Of a stretch of DNA of 64,000 nucleotides, positions 24,445-35,634 are shown in pieces (position 1 is the stretch's first letter; the number at the start of each line of letters is the position of its first letter). Position numbers and translations under genes: made by a program. A model generated the notes under the pieces. That model searched no databases and was not told where the DNA came from. It saw only the letters and a list, made by a program, of their open reading frames with translations. The stretch is from Orbicella franksi. Its lineage: Eukaryota. Where the stretch lies: NCBI GenBank assembly GCA_964199315.1, contig OZ116707.1, forward strand, positions 3,286,001 through 3,350,000. Reading direction: 5' to 3'.

Positions 24445-24700
24445 TAGGGGTAGCCGGTTGACGCCATCACATTTTTACTAGCACATGCCATCTTTGGGTG
24501 TGGTAATATACACCATCACATTTTTACTAGTGCACGCCATCTTTGGATGAGGTAATATACGCCATCACATTTTTACTAGCGCACACTTTGGGGTAGCCTG
24601 TTGACGCCATTCTTTGAGTGTGCTAATATACGTCATCAGATTTTTTTTTTACTAGCGCACGCTTAGGGGTAGCCGGTTGACGTCATCTTTGGGAGCTTAA
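24445..24700. promoter_or_regulatory. Tandem motif array between divergent gene blocks
   Basis: Four copies of CATCA(C/G)ATTTTTACTAG, several CGCCATC(A/T) motifs, TGACGTCA, and TATAAG near 24700. Confidence 0.55.
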
Positions 24701-24757
24701 TATAAGGGAGAGGTAGTTGTGGTGAGCAGACATTTCTTGTTTTGACAGATAGCTTCG

Positions 24758-25105
24758 ATGCAGCCGGAGGAGCCAGAGAACCCACAGGAGAACCCAGAGA
24801 ACCCGGAAGGGGAGAACTCGCCAGATCCGATCAAAGAATTCTTCGTTTTGGTGGTGAAGACGGTGTTTCTCGACGAAAGCGTGGAACTGGTCTCTGAAAT
24901 CACCAAATACCGTTTAAATTTGTGCCGTCGCCTGTCAGATCAACTACCTAACCTGGCAGGTCAACCGGTCAACATGGCGTGATTTCACGCTGGTTTCAAA
25001 GCGGGTTGGCAGGAGTGGAAAAAGAAGGGCGAGCAACACGAGGAATCTTCCTTTGTGGCTTTCATGAACTGTTTGAACGTGGACACTAACCCTCCCCTGC
25101 GATGA
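24758..25105 (+). pseudogene. Acidic N-terminal protein of unknown function with one internal stop
   Basis: MQPEEPENPQENPENPEGEN..NMA*FHAGFKAGWQEWKKK..; preceded by the acceptor ttttgacag. Confidence 0.5.
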
Positions 25106-25371
25106 AAAGAAAAGACCGATCAAAACAACGCGACGAGTTAGAACTAGACGGCGCTAAAAAAATTATGAAACAATTCAGTTCATAACAACAACCGGTCATC
25201 AAAACAGCACTCATGATTTTCCCACGAGAAAAAAAAACTGGGGGGTGATCAATAATGGCGTAATAAATGCGTCAGATTTTTTGAACAAATCAGGTACATG
25301 TGTGGCACTAGCGCCATCCCCTCAAAGACCTTTTACCAACTGCGCAAGCATTCTTTTTTGTACCAGTCGTT

Positions 25372-25640
25372 ACTATAGCGTGGATTGTCCAGTCTGTCAG
25401 AAAACCTTCACCCAAAGAAAATCCCTGAATCGCCATATGCAAGAACAACACAGCCCGAATAGGCCTAGGATACAGTGTAGCCTATGCCCCAAGAGCTTTG
25501 GCCGCTTGGAACATTATAAACAGCACCAGCGAGATCAACACAAACCACCGCGCTATGAGTGCCCCGTTTGCCGATGCAAAAAATTCAAGTGAGAGCCAAT
25601 TCACAACGACACCTGCGAATCTGTCCACAACCAAACACAC
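25372..25640 (+). pseudogene. Triple C2H2 zinc-finger protein
   Basis: CPVCQKTFTQRKSLNRHMQEQH, CSLCPKSFGRLEHYKQHQRDQH, and CPVC..KF [frameshift] RHLRIC. Confidence 0.75.
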
Positions 25641-26251
25641 CTTTATCCAGGGCGACCCAAGAACCACCACTGGTATCTGTACAACTAGTCATTAATGCCC
25701 AAGGTCCCAAGATTATGGACGAAGCAAAACTTCAAGGGTTACCCAACGAGATTGTGTCCGTGGCATGCTCATTTGTTTCAAACCATTAGGAAAAAAGAGA
25801 CATTTTTCGCTGGACAAAGCAGAACATTATGGCTTGTTATTTTATTAAAGCCGTGTCAATTTGTAAATCCAAGACATTTGCTGAAAAACTTTGATATGCT
25901 TTGGTTTTTTTTAAAGCCGTGTCATTTTGTAAATTGGTCAAAGTGGCAGTTGCACAAAAAACCCTTCAAGTGCCATTTCAAAATGGGCTTTTTTTGGCTC
26001 TGGCTGTGATGTTGTAAATAATGCCTTTGGGTTTTTGTTTAATAAAATGAGCAGAATGAGTATAAAAATCGAGTGTGTTTTTTTCAGGGAGACCCCATGC
26101 ATAAATGGCGTGTAGTTATTTTTAAATATCGTGGATCGATGGCGTTTTTCAAAAAAAATCTGACGCATTCATACTTTTTGAAATCTAGTGATGGCACGTA
26201 TGGTAGTTCACAAATTTTTTTTTACAGAAGAATCGGCAGGGTTTTTCTCAG

Positions 26252-26584
26252 CTCCGCAAAAAAAAAATGAGTGACCCTTCGCTGAATAAGGTGAGTTACA
26301 TCAGTCGACACCCTGTCTCCAAAAAAAACCCAACATAACTAAACTCGCATCAAAAGCTGTAGAACAGCGCTGTTTTAATGGTGATTTTTTTCTTTTGGTT
26401 GAATAGGATGACCAGGTCACGGCCAAAGATCAAGTAAGTTCATTTTTGATTCACGCTTAAACCCTCTCCCTGCACCTAGTGTGTAGAGATTTTTTTTTTG
26501 TATGCAATTCGCTGACTCTAGATGGGTTTTTTTCCCCTGCAAAGTTGTTGACAGATCCAAAACAACGCCCCCGAGCTGACGTCA
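26252..26584 (+). other. Chain of phase-0 micro-exons
   Basis: 26252-26290 (39 nt, donor GTGAGT), 26407-26433 (27 nt, GTAAGT) and 26555-26584 (30 nt, GTGAGT), each preceded by a pyrimidine tract and AG. Confidence 0.5.
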
Positions 26585-27147
26585 GTGAGTTAGATTTTTT
26601 CTCAAGCGGCTAAGGGCTCCAAAAAAAAAAACTTGATCGGGTAGGTTTTTTTGGGCAGACAACTTTGGTAGGACTTACATGGAGCTACAAATTTATGAAA
26701 CGGTGAGCAGCGACAGCTCCCAAAAAAATAAGCCACTTGAAAATCCAAAATTTTTCTCGACTGGTGCTGATGCCACACAACACGGCTTATTTTTTTCCCA
26801 CTCTTTCAGGTTACCGGAATCCACCAAAACCAATTTCTTTTAATCAGTTTACTAGGTCTAGACATAAGTTGATAAAAGACAAAAAGTGTATTTTAAAACG
26901 AATCGTTCTCTCGGTAAGTTCTGCGCGAACAAAATGAATGAGTTCGAAAGCCAAATAAGAAAAAAACGAGCAAGCCCCAAACATTCCCATGACTGGTCCA
27001 GTACAAACAATATTTATATAAAAAAAAATGAGTGAGCTACTTGCAGTTTTTTCTACATCTTCGCCACCAGCTACGCTGACTAGCTGTAAAAGGCAAATAA
27101 ACAAGTCAATTCACCAAACCTTTTTTTTCTTTCGGGTTTTTTTTCAG

Positions 27148-27437
27148 TCAGGAGTCTGTCCAGTATGTTTGGAAAGTGAAGGGGAGCGATTACCCTGCTG
27201 CCGAGCTAACATACACACCATTTGCTTGAAGAATGGATTTGGTTGGGAAATTCCATCGAGTGTCCTTGCTGTAAACAAACCCTAACACCAACTCACATTC
27301 AAAGTCTACTGGTGGGCCGATTCAAACGCGTTCCGGGCATGAGAGCCGAGTTTATCCAAGTAAGGTCCCTGTGGAAATTCTCGATTGAAGTTAACTCTTT
27401 TTTTTTAAATAACAAATTTTTCCACCCTAGGATTTAG
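27148..27437 (+). pseudogene. RING-finger protein (ATG-less exon, one frameshift)
   Basis: ttttttttcag|TCA GGA GTC TGT reads SGVCPVCLESEGERLPCCRANIHTICL [frameshift] EEWIWLGNSIECPCCK. Confidence 0.7.
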
Positions 27438-28224
27438 AACGAAGTAAACGCCAACAAGTTGAAGCGTGGGCGAGCGGGAATTCAGCGGCCATTTCAAGAA
27501 GGAATACCGAATTTCAAGAAATTGTACAACTTGGCCTGCATTGGTTCGGACTCAATTTCGTGGAATTACTACCCCATGTAACCATGGAAGGGGATTCAGT
27601 AACCTTTACAATGAGGTCCTAAAAATCTGTTTTAAAGCAATGTCAGTCAAAACTACAAACGGACTTTTTTTTTCTCTCAAGCGCGCACACTGTCACAAAT
27701 GGCCGACAACCCAGGGAAAACACTAATAACTCACCTATTTCGTCGAGACCGGCTTAGTTTCACTCCATACAATAGTTAGAACAAGGTGACAGACCAGCTT
27801 TCCATTTCTTGTTAACTGCAAGTACATTAAGAAAAAAACCTACTGGGTAGTTTGTTCAAGCAAGCGCCAAGCTTTTCACTTCCATTGAACACCGAGCACT
27901 CGGGTCTCTCTCTTCGTTGGACAGAAATAACATGCGGAAACAAAAACTCACCTGCACAGTCAAACTCAGGGTTTTTTGTTCTTCCAGTAATTTCAGCCAT
28001 TTTGCTAACAGTGGTTTAACCCTACATGTTTTTGCACCGCTCAAAAAACCCGCCCGTCCATTCTAATTCACTGCATGTTATGCTAAAACCACAAGCTCTT
28101 CTAGGCTGGCGTCAGCTCGTCACGTGCTCCAATGATGTCACCAGCATTTTCTTGCCCTTCCCTAGTCGTTGTGTCACCCTCCCTCCCCTTAAACTAATTT
28201 TTTTTGTATTGGTCTGAAAAACAG

Positions 28225-28530
28225 ATGAGTTACTGGGACTGGCTACCCGCTGAAATCAAAGAGTCCATTATCCAGTTGACCGAAAGTCAACTAGCCCATG
28301 AGCAGCGAAGACAACAAATCCTAAGTAAAGTCAACAAAGAAATCGGCGTTCATTGGCACGTACAAGAGGCCCGGGGCCTAGGTGGCCTAAGACTACAAAA
28401 TGTTAAGAATATACTAAGAATCAGCGGCTACTACAAAGACGAGGAAGGATGAAAGCGGCACGTTTTGTTACCCATCGACAAATTTGAAGATGCCTTCAAT
28501 AGGATGAATCATGTCAAATCATTCCTGTAA
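28225..28530 (+). pseudogene. F-box-like family member B
   Basis: aaacag|MSYWDWLPAEIKESII..ISGYYKDEEG*KRHVLL..DAFNRMNHVKSFL, with a single internal TGA. Confidence 0.65.
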
Positions 28531-28779
28531 TACTGTTGCACACAAGTTTTGCAATTGTATATTTACACCCTATCCTTAATTATATGTAATAAGCAAATGA
28601 TTAAATAGTGTCTTTGCTATCATCTCTGTTATAATCTTGGCTTTAAATGCTTTTTTTATCACCTTATTTGTGATTTTTTAATTCGTCCCCAGCACACACA
28701 ATAGTAAAAAGTTTATAGATCTGCTAACGCCCATAATCCCCGTAAATCGGCCACGTCATCCCTTTTTTTCGTGCAAGCA

Positions 28780-28930
28780 AGCCGCTGACGACCAATGGCA
28801 CCTCTCAAAAATCCTTGGCGAGTGTGCGTGAGCTGCTGACGACTACGGCACCTCTCAAAACTTTTAATCACCACTCTCGCTGACGACCAACGGCACCTCT
28901 CAAAATGCAACCTGACATTGGCGCGCGCTG
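28780..28930 (+). repeat. Internal copy of the TIR inner-repeat motif (GGCACCTCTCAAAA x3)
   Basis: The same motif array occurs at 35160-35217 and 46045-46135, and inverted at 21700-21840. Confidence 0.8.
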
Positions 28931-29026
28931 TACCTCCTCAAAATTGGCCACGCGAGCCGCTGACGCTCACATATTAATAAAAGGAGTGGCCTAAAAAAAA
29001 TTGTACATTTGCCACGAGCGCTGATC

Positions 29027-29308
29027 ATGGCTGACCTGACCGACGATGAGATGAATCGCTCTATGGACCTATACGAAGCCATGAGTATCTGAAAAAAAAT
29101 GGACAGTTAAACGTGCACCCTATGCGCCCAAGTCATCCTTAGTACTGAGATTCCCGCTTGAACCAAGTGTTGCCATTACTTTGTTCATTACAATTGCTTC
29201 ACCAAGGCACTCGGTGATCAATTGAACAAAGCTGTGATCACTGAGAAGTTGTACTGCCCACTCTGTCACTCGTGCATGCTAAGTGTGCTCGTCGCCATTT
29301 TGGACTGA
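29027..29308 (+). pseudogene. Leader peptide plus RING protein, orthologous to 57356-57631
   Basis: MADLTDDEMNRSMDLYEA..CTLCAQVILSTEIPA*TKCCHYFVHYNCF..LYCPLCH aligns residue by residue with MAQELTDEEMN..CTLCKKVILGTE..TKCCRYYVHYDCF..CQICH. Confidence 0.8.
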
Positions 29309-29548
29309 GTCTGGTCACACCCACACTAGACATTCGTTTTGGACTTGAGATTCGTACGACACCTTTTGTCATGCCTTGTTCATCATCTTTCTTTTCATAG
29401 AGTTGCTGGGATTGGTTGCCACCCGAAAATCCAAGAGTCTCATTGAGACCTTTGGAACAGACATTTAATCGCGAGAACATTAAGAGAGAGAGAAATATGT
29501 TTTTAGGGTACAAAATTGACAACGCTAAGTCCACTTTACTTTTTCTAG

Positions 29549-29915
29549 ACTGAAGAGAGTCGCTGGGATTGGCTACCTGCAGAAATAGTGTCCTGTGATG
29601 TTGCTAGCCGTGTCGCAACACATTATATATCAGAGAAGGAAGGAACTATTGGGAAGGCTTTGTGAAGAAATTGTGGATTATGCAAGATTAAAGACAGCCT
29701 GGGGATACGGTCACCTTGAAATAAAAAAGCGAAAATGTTATCTAACTGTTTGTAAAAGGTTATACAGGCGATTTATGCCCAATCACATGGATATCTACGG
29801 TCATTATGTCAGTCTCCATAACGAACTAAAGAAACTGTCTTTAGGATGCAGCGTTAAAGATGCGTTGAATAAGGTAGACGAGAAAAAATCGTTCTTGTTC
29901 TCTGCTGATGTCTGA
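29549..29915 (+). pseudogene. F-box-like family member C (ATG-less exon, one frameshift)
   Basis: tttttctag|TEESRWDWLPAEI [frameshift] LLAVSQHII..EEIVDYARLKTAWGYGHLEI. Confidence 0.65.
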
Positions 29916-29928
29916 TTGGTTCTTACAG

Positions 29929-30402
29929 AGTAACTGGGATGGGTTACCACCCGAAATACAGGACTGCGTGCTTTCCTTGGCTACCTGGCAACCCATACTC
30001 GTCCACAGAAATAATGAACTGTTATGCAGTCTTCACCAAGAAATCCTAGACTATGCAAAACTGAAGGAAGAATGGGGCATAGGACACATTAAGAATGTTG
30101 TATGTTGATGTGGTTTCCCCTGCTGTCGAGGAAAGAAGGAACAATTTATATATTTGAAAATATACGGATGTTACATTGACATTGCCAATAAACCTCAAAA
30201 AACGTATATAGCCAACACTTATGAAGCTGCTATGGAACGTGCCCCCTTTGTAAAGTCGTTCCTCTACCCCATCGGTTTATGCAGTGCTAAATACAACTTA
30301 TACACATATTACAGATATAATCAATCTTTCAGAGTCACTGGGATAGACTACCCCGAGAAATACAGTGTTATGTGCTTTTGTTGGCTACCTGGCAACATAT
30401 AA
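29929..30402 (+). pseudogene. F-box-like family member D, orthologous to 56779-57213
   Basis: ttcttacag|SNWDGLPPEIQDCVLSLATWQ..EWGIGHI..C*CGFPCC..KIYGCYIDIANKPQKTY. An in-frame ATG also exists at 29908. Confidence 0.65.
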
Positions 30403-30674
30403 TTGACCGAAGAGGGAACAGACTGTGTCGCAAGATTCTTAGAGACATTTTATATTACACTAATCTGAAAAGAGAATGGGGACACGGTCACATAGAAGTA
30501 AAATGGTTTAAATGCAACAGACCCCAATGTATAGTGTTTTACGGACCATTTATTGCCCATCACACTACCGTCCACGGTTGTTATGTAAACTGCCGTAACG
30601 AGAAAAAGAAAGTATGGTTAGGGTTCAATTTTGTTCACCCCATGGACAATGTATATGATTGGATGTGTTATTAG
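30333..30674 (+). CDS. F-box-like family member E (ATG-less exon), orthologous to 56409-56792
   Basis: atctttcag|SHWDRLPREIQCYVLLLATWQHIIDRR..EWGHGHIEV; AATAAA follows at 30677. Confidence 0.65.
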   Translation, partial: SHWDRLPREIQCYVLLLATWQHIIDRRGNRLCRKILRDILYYTNLKREWGHGHIEVKWFKCNRPQCIVFYGPFIAHHTTVHGCYVNCRNEKKKVWLGFNFVHPMDNVYDWMCY

Positions 30675-30750
30675 CCAATAAAAAACATTTGTGTTTGACC
30701 TCATACAAAAGCATTGTACGCGTCCTCAGTGTGTCCTCATGTCTTTGCAG

Positions 30751-33700
30751 ACTCCAAGATGAAGTCGGTCACTCTCCCCAGTGCCCACGCCCAGACTCAA
30801 CGTTCCACGTTCCACTCGTTCTCTAGACCGAGTCCACGACGACAATGACTGGATCTTCGATCTGGCCATCGACCAGATATTAAACGAAAACAGTAAAAGA
30901 TTGCACGACCAAGCCTTCTCGGACGATGACATGCAGTATGGCGGCGGCGGCCCCACCACCCATTTCCTAGACTTTGAACTACGACCTGTAGGCACCCGAC
31001 GTAACTGGAGACACGTGGTGAACAAACGTAGATACGAAGCCACGCTCAAACACCGAGACGTGAAAACCAGGGCCAACCTGGGCCAAGAACTGACCAACGC
31101 CCTGCAACGATCCATCCAGCGACAAATCGACCAGGATCCCAGCCTGACTTGCCACTCCACCGTCCATTTCAGCATGCAGTCCAGCACCTTCACGCACGCC
31201 TTCCAATCCACCACCTTCAACGTGCGCGAATTCCAAGAAGGCAGCCAAAGACTGGACACTGATCTCCAGTCTCTCGTGGCCAAACTCAACTCCAACCAGG
31301 AATTCACCCCGGACGACACCTTTACCCTGGAGACCACCTTCATCCAGACGCCCAGTCCCGGTAGTGGTCATGGCAAGCGATACCAACCCAGCAAAGCTGC
31401 CGTCCGGGGCATTGTCAAACAATTGCGTGTGACCATAAAAAACAAAGACCAACTCTGCTGCGCGCACGCTATCGTCACCATGAAGGCAGAGTTGATGGGG
31501 GATCGACAGATGCCAATTACAAAAACATGCTGAGAGGTCGTCCCATTCAAACCAACCGTGCTAAGGAACTCCACCGCTTAGCTATCGTCGCTGAAGGACC
31601 TTGCAGCCTAAAAGAAATTGACATGTTCCAGGTGGCACTACTCGGGTATAAGATCAAGGTCCTGTCCATCGACCCGCCGCACATGATCATTTACGCGGGA
31701 CCCGTAGACTCGGACAAGCGCATTCTCCTCATCAAGGAGGACGGCCACTACGATGGCTACAATTCCTTCGGCGGGTTCCTCAGCAAATCGTACTTTTGCC
31801 ACGAATGCAACCGTGGCTCTGACCATGACCACAGTGAAAATCATCCCTGCAATGGCAAATGGTTCCCCGCCTCCAAAGGACAGGACTGCCCCGATTACAT
31901 TGAAGCCAAAAAGACCGACAAGTTTCCACATCCTTCTAAACTATGCCGCACCCGCTGCCATCGTGCATTCTTTGGAGACCACTGCGACATCTCCCACCTG
32001 CTACGACGGGGCCCGAACACCAAATCCGTCTGCAATACCCACAAAAAGTGCCAAGACTGTTGTCATGTCTACCAACTAGACAATAAAGTGCGTTGCAGTG
32101 ACAATCGTTGCAGTGCCCCACAATATGTGTGCGGACAGGGCGAGTGCCGCATCTGCGGCAAACAGGTCATGCTGTCCAGTCACAAATGCTTCATCCAATG
32201 CATCCCCGAAGAAAAAGACCAACCCAAAACCAAAAGGGTCCATCGCGACCAGGTCAATGGCCGTCCCTTCAGAGAACCCTTGGCACACGATCCCGATTGT
32301 GTCGTGGTAGACAGATCCTCCTCTCCAGGTCTACGCCGATTACGAAGCCACCGTGGACCAGGAGGGAGTGCAATCGCCCATCCTCCTCTGCACCGAGATG
32401 GATGAAGAGGACCAAGAAGTGTCCTTTTACGGACCCAGCTGCACCACCCAATTCTTCTACTGGCTAGAGGAAATAACCATGAACCAAGACGGCGACGATC
32501 GGGACGTCATCATCATCTTCCACAACCTCAAGGGCTACGACGGCATGTTTCTCCTTGACTACTGTTACCATCATCACCGAGAAGTCACCAACCAGATCAC
32601 CCTCACTACCAAAATCCTCTCCTTCATGACAGATCGCCTCACCTTCAAGGACTCGCTCTGCTTTCTTCCCATGCCGCTGGCCAACTTTCCCACCACCTTC
32701 GGCATCCAAGAATTGACCAAGGGTTTCTTCTCTCATCTCTTCGACACCCTACAAAACCAAGAGTACCGGGGACCCATGCCTCCAGCCTCCAGCTACGATC
32801 CTGACGGTATGTCCACCAAGAAAAAATCCGAATTCAAGCGCTGGTATGCCGACAAGGTCCACAATAACTACACCTTCCATCTGAAAAGGGACATGGAGGC
32901 TTACCGCATCAGCGACGTCAAGCTCCTCAAAGCGTGCTGCCAGAAATTCCGACAGCAATTCAAGTAAAAGGCCGGCTTTGACCACATGGAAAAATGCTAC
33001 AGGGTCGCCTCTTCGTGCCACTGGTTCTGGTGCAAGAAACTACTCCTAACACCATCGCCTCCAAACTCCCTCACGGCTGGCACGGGGTTCGATCCAACCA
33101 GTCCACCAAGGCCTCCAAGTGGCTAGCATGGTAGGAACACCTTCGTCATGACAGCCCAACCACCCCGAGCCTTGTGCAGACCACATCAAGCACGTCGGCA
33201 ATAGCGGCGAGCAACGAGTTGCTGTCTCTGGCACGGATGCCCTTGTTGCCATCGCCATCCTCATCGGGAACAATACAGTAACATCAATCGCGATCGCACC
33301 CTGCAAGAAATGTACGAGCACACGCTGAAGAAACAGACCCTTCTCAAGCAGCACAGCTACCATCTCAAGATCATGTGGGAGTGCAATTGGGATCGGGAGG
33401 TCAACACCAACGAGGCCCTCCAACGATTCTTGGCCACCTACCAGAAAGTGGACCCCCTAGAACCGCGCAATGCCTTCTTCAGTGGCAGAACCAATGCCGT
33501 ACGTCTTTACCACCCCGTCGACCAGAGCCAGGGCGAACAAATCAAATACGTGGACGTGACTTCCCTGTACTCGTGGGTCAACAAGACTTGCGAATACCCT
33601 GTTGGACATCCCGAGATCCTCATCAACCCCACCGACCAAGACATCCACCACTACTTTGGCATGGCCTACATCGACATCCTTCCACCTCCACACCTTTACC

Positions 33701-34911
33701 ATCCCGTGCTACTGCATCGCCCGGCCGGTAAACTCACCTTTCCTCTGTGCCGCTCCTGCGTCCAAGACCAAATGCCACTTCTTCAGCTGGACAAATTGTG
33801 GTGGTGCTCACACACGGAGACTCAGCACGCCTTGCGCAGAACTTGGTGCACACCCGAAATTCAAGAAGCTGTTCGACACAGGTACATCGTCCTGCACATT
33901 CACAAGGTGTGGCATTTTCCCCCAAAGAAAAGACGCAAGGGTCTCTTTTCCGACTACGTCAACAGCTGGCTAAAAATGAAACAAGAATCTGCCAGGTACC
34001 CTGGCTGGTGCCTCACCCCCAACGACAAATTACACTACGTGCGCCAATACAAAGAACGAGAAGGCATCGCCCTCGACACCGCCATGATCCAAAAAAATCC
34101 CGGCCGGAAAGCCACGGCCAAACTGATGCTCAACTCCTTCTGGGGCAAGCTCGGAGAAAACCTCCACAAGAAACACACCAAAACCGCCCCATTGCCAGCT
34201 GAACTCTTCGGTTTGGTATCCAACAGCTTTTGCGACATCTGAGCCATCCGGATCTGCTCCGACAACGTTCTCGAAATAGATTACCTAGACCTGTGCGACA
34301 ACCAAAGCGATAACGGGCGCGTCAACATCTTCGTGGCCGCCTTCACCGCCTGCTGGGCCCGTCTCAAGCTCTATTCGTATCTCGACCAACTGAAGCAACA
34401 AGTGCTGTACTTTGACACCGATTCCATCGTCTACTCCCACAAACCCGGTCAAGCCAACATTCCCCTAGGCGACTACCTGGGTGACATGACCAACGAGCTG
34501 GACGCTGAGGATTACATTGTCGACTTCACTTCGGCGGGACCCAAAAATTACGGCTACAAGACGAAACTCGGCAAAGTCTGCTGCAAAGTGCGAGGGTTCA
34601 CTCTCAATGTGCGTGGCTCCCAACAACTCAACTATGACATCATGAGAGAAAACCTACTGGAAGACTTGACCAATCCGCTTGACCAATGAAGGAACATTCC
34701 CATCGTGAACCCCTACTTCTTCACTCGTGATTCCGCCAGCAAGCAGATCTGAGTGGGACCCCGCACCAAACAGTACGGACTGGTCTTTGATAAATGCATC
34801 GTCGATTGCCAGACCTTCCAGTCTCACCCTTACGGTCACCAGTGGAACCCACCAACCGAATTAGATGATGCCGACATGGACAACATGGAGACCCTGATGG
34901 AGCTGTTGTAG
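30751..34911 (+). pseudogene. Protein-primed family B DNA polymerase (pPolB) of Polinton-1, multiple frameshifts and stops
   Basis: Motifs seen: FHNLKGYDG (ExoII), FKDSLCFL, YVDVTSLY, AKLMLNSFWGK and YFDTDS. It begins at the acceptor tctttgcag. Confidence 0.95.
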
Positions 34912-35129
34912 TTCTGCCACAAACTGATCAATAGTAAAAAACAAAATTTATTCATATTTTGATCAACGGACAATGATCCCACGTTTCTCAAATGTAAAAC
35001 CATTATTTCACATTCTGTTAATTTATAATTAAAAAACATTTATTCACATTCAATTGTGTCAATTGAGACTTTTTTAGCGCACACACACAACCCTGATCTT
35101 TTTACACGTTATGCACCCCTCAAAAAACT

Positions 35130-35221
35130 GACCTTGGTGTGCACGAGCCGCTAAAGCCTACGGCACCTCTCAAAAATCCTTGGTGTGCGCGCGAGCAAGT
35201 GACACCTCTCAAAACTTTTAA
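35130..35221 (+). repeat. Inner portion of the Polinton-1 right TIR, cut off by a TTAA insertion
   Basis: Joining ..AAAACTT-TTAA (35221) to TCACCACTCTCGCTGA (46028) recreates the motif seen intact at about 28859. Confidence 0.85.
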
Positions 35222-35634
35222 GTAACGCTCCGCATAAGAAGTAGGCAAGCCAAATGCACAGGCGCTAGATTACAAATTATTAACTTAATTAAAATGGCGG
35301 CTGCTGATTGGTTGAAAACAAAAAAATGTCAAAAGTCTCCAAGAAATGAATTTTTTGCGCATTTTATTGTTAATTTTTGATCCCAGAGCCCTCTATTCTG
35401 TATATGTAGAGTTTCTTTGCCATGGGAAATGGGGAACTGGCACTGACTGAATGCACGTCCAGCCTTCTCCACCGCCGCCATATTGGAATTTAGATTCTTG
35501 CCGACAGCTAGTTGCGTTTTTGAGCATTTCGTTTGTAGTATCCATCATATATTTTCGTATCTTCTTTGTTGCTGTCAAGTTTATCTTCAGACATGTAGCT
35601 TTTTGTATTGAAAAACGTTTTTTCTCCGTAAAAT

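Noticed and set aside
24445-24700. Repeat arrays (also 51700-51950) as CRISPR-like loci
   Set aside because: The units are degenerate with non-unique spacers, there are no cas genes, and the context is eukaryotic.
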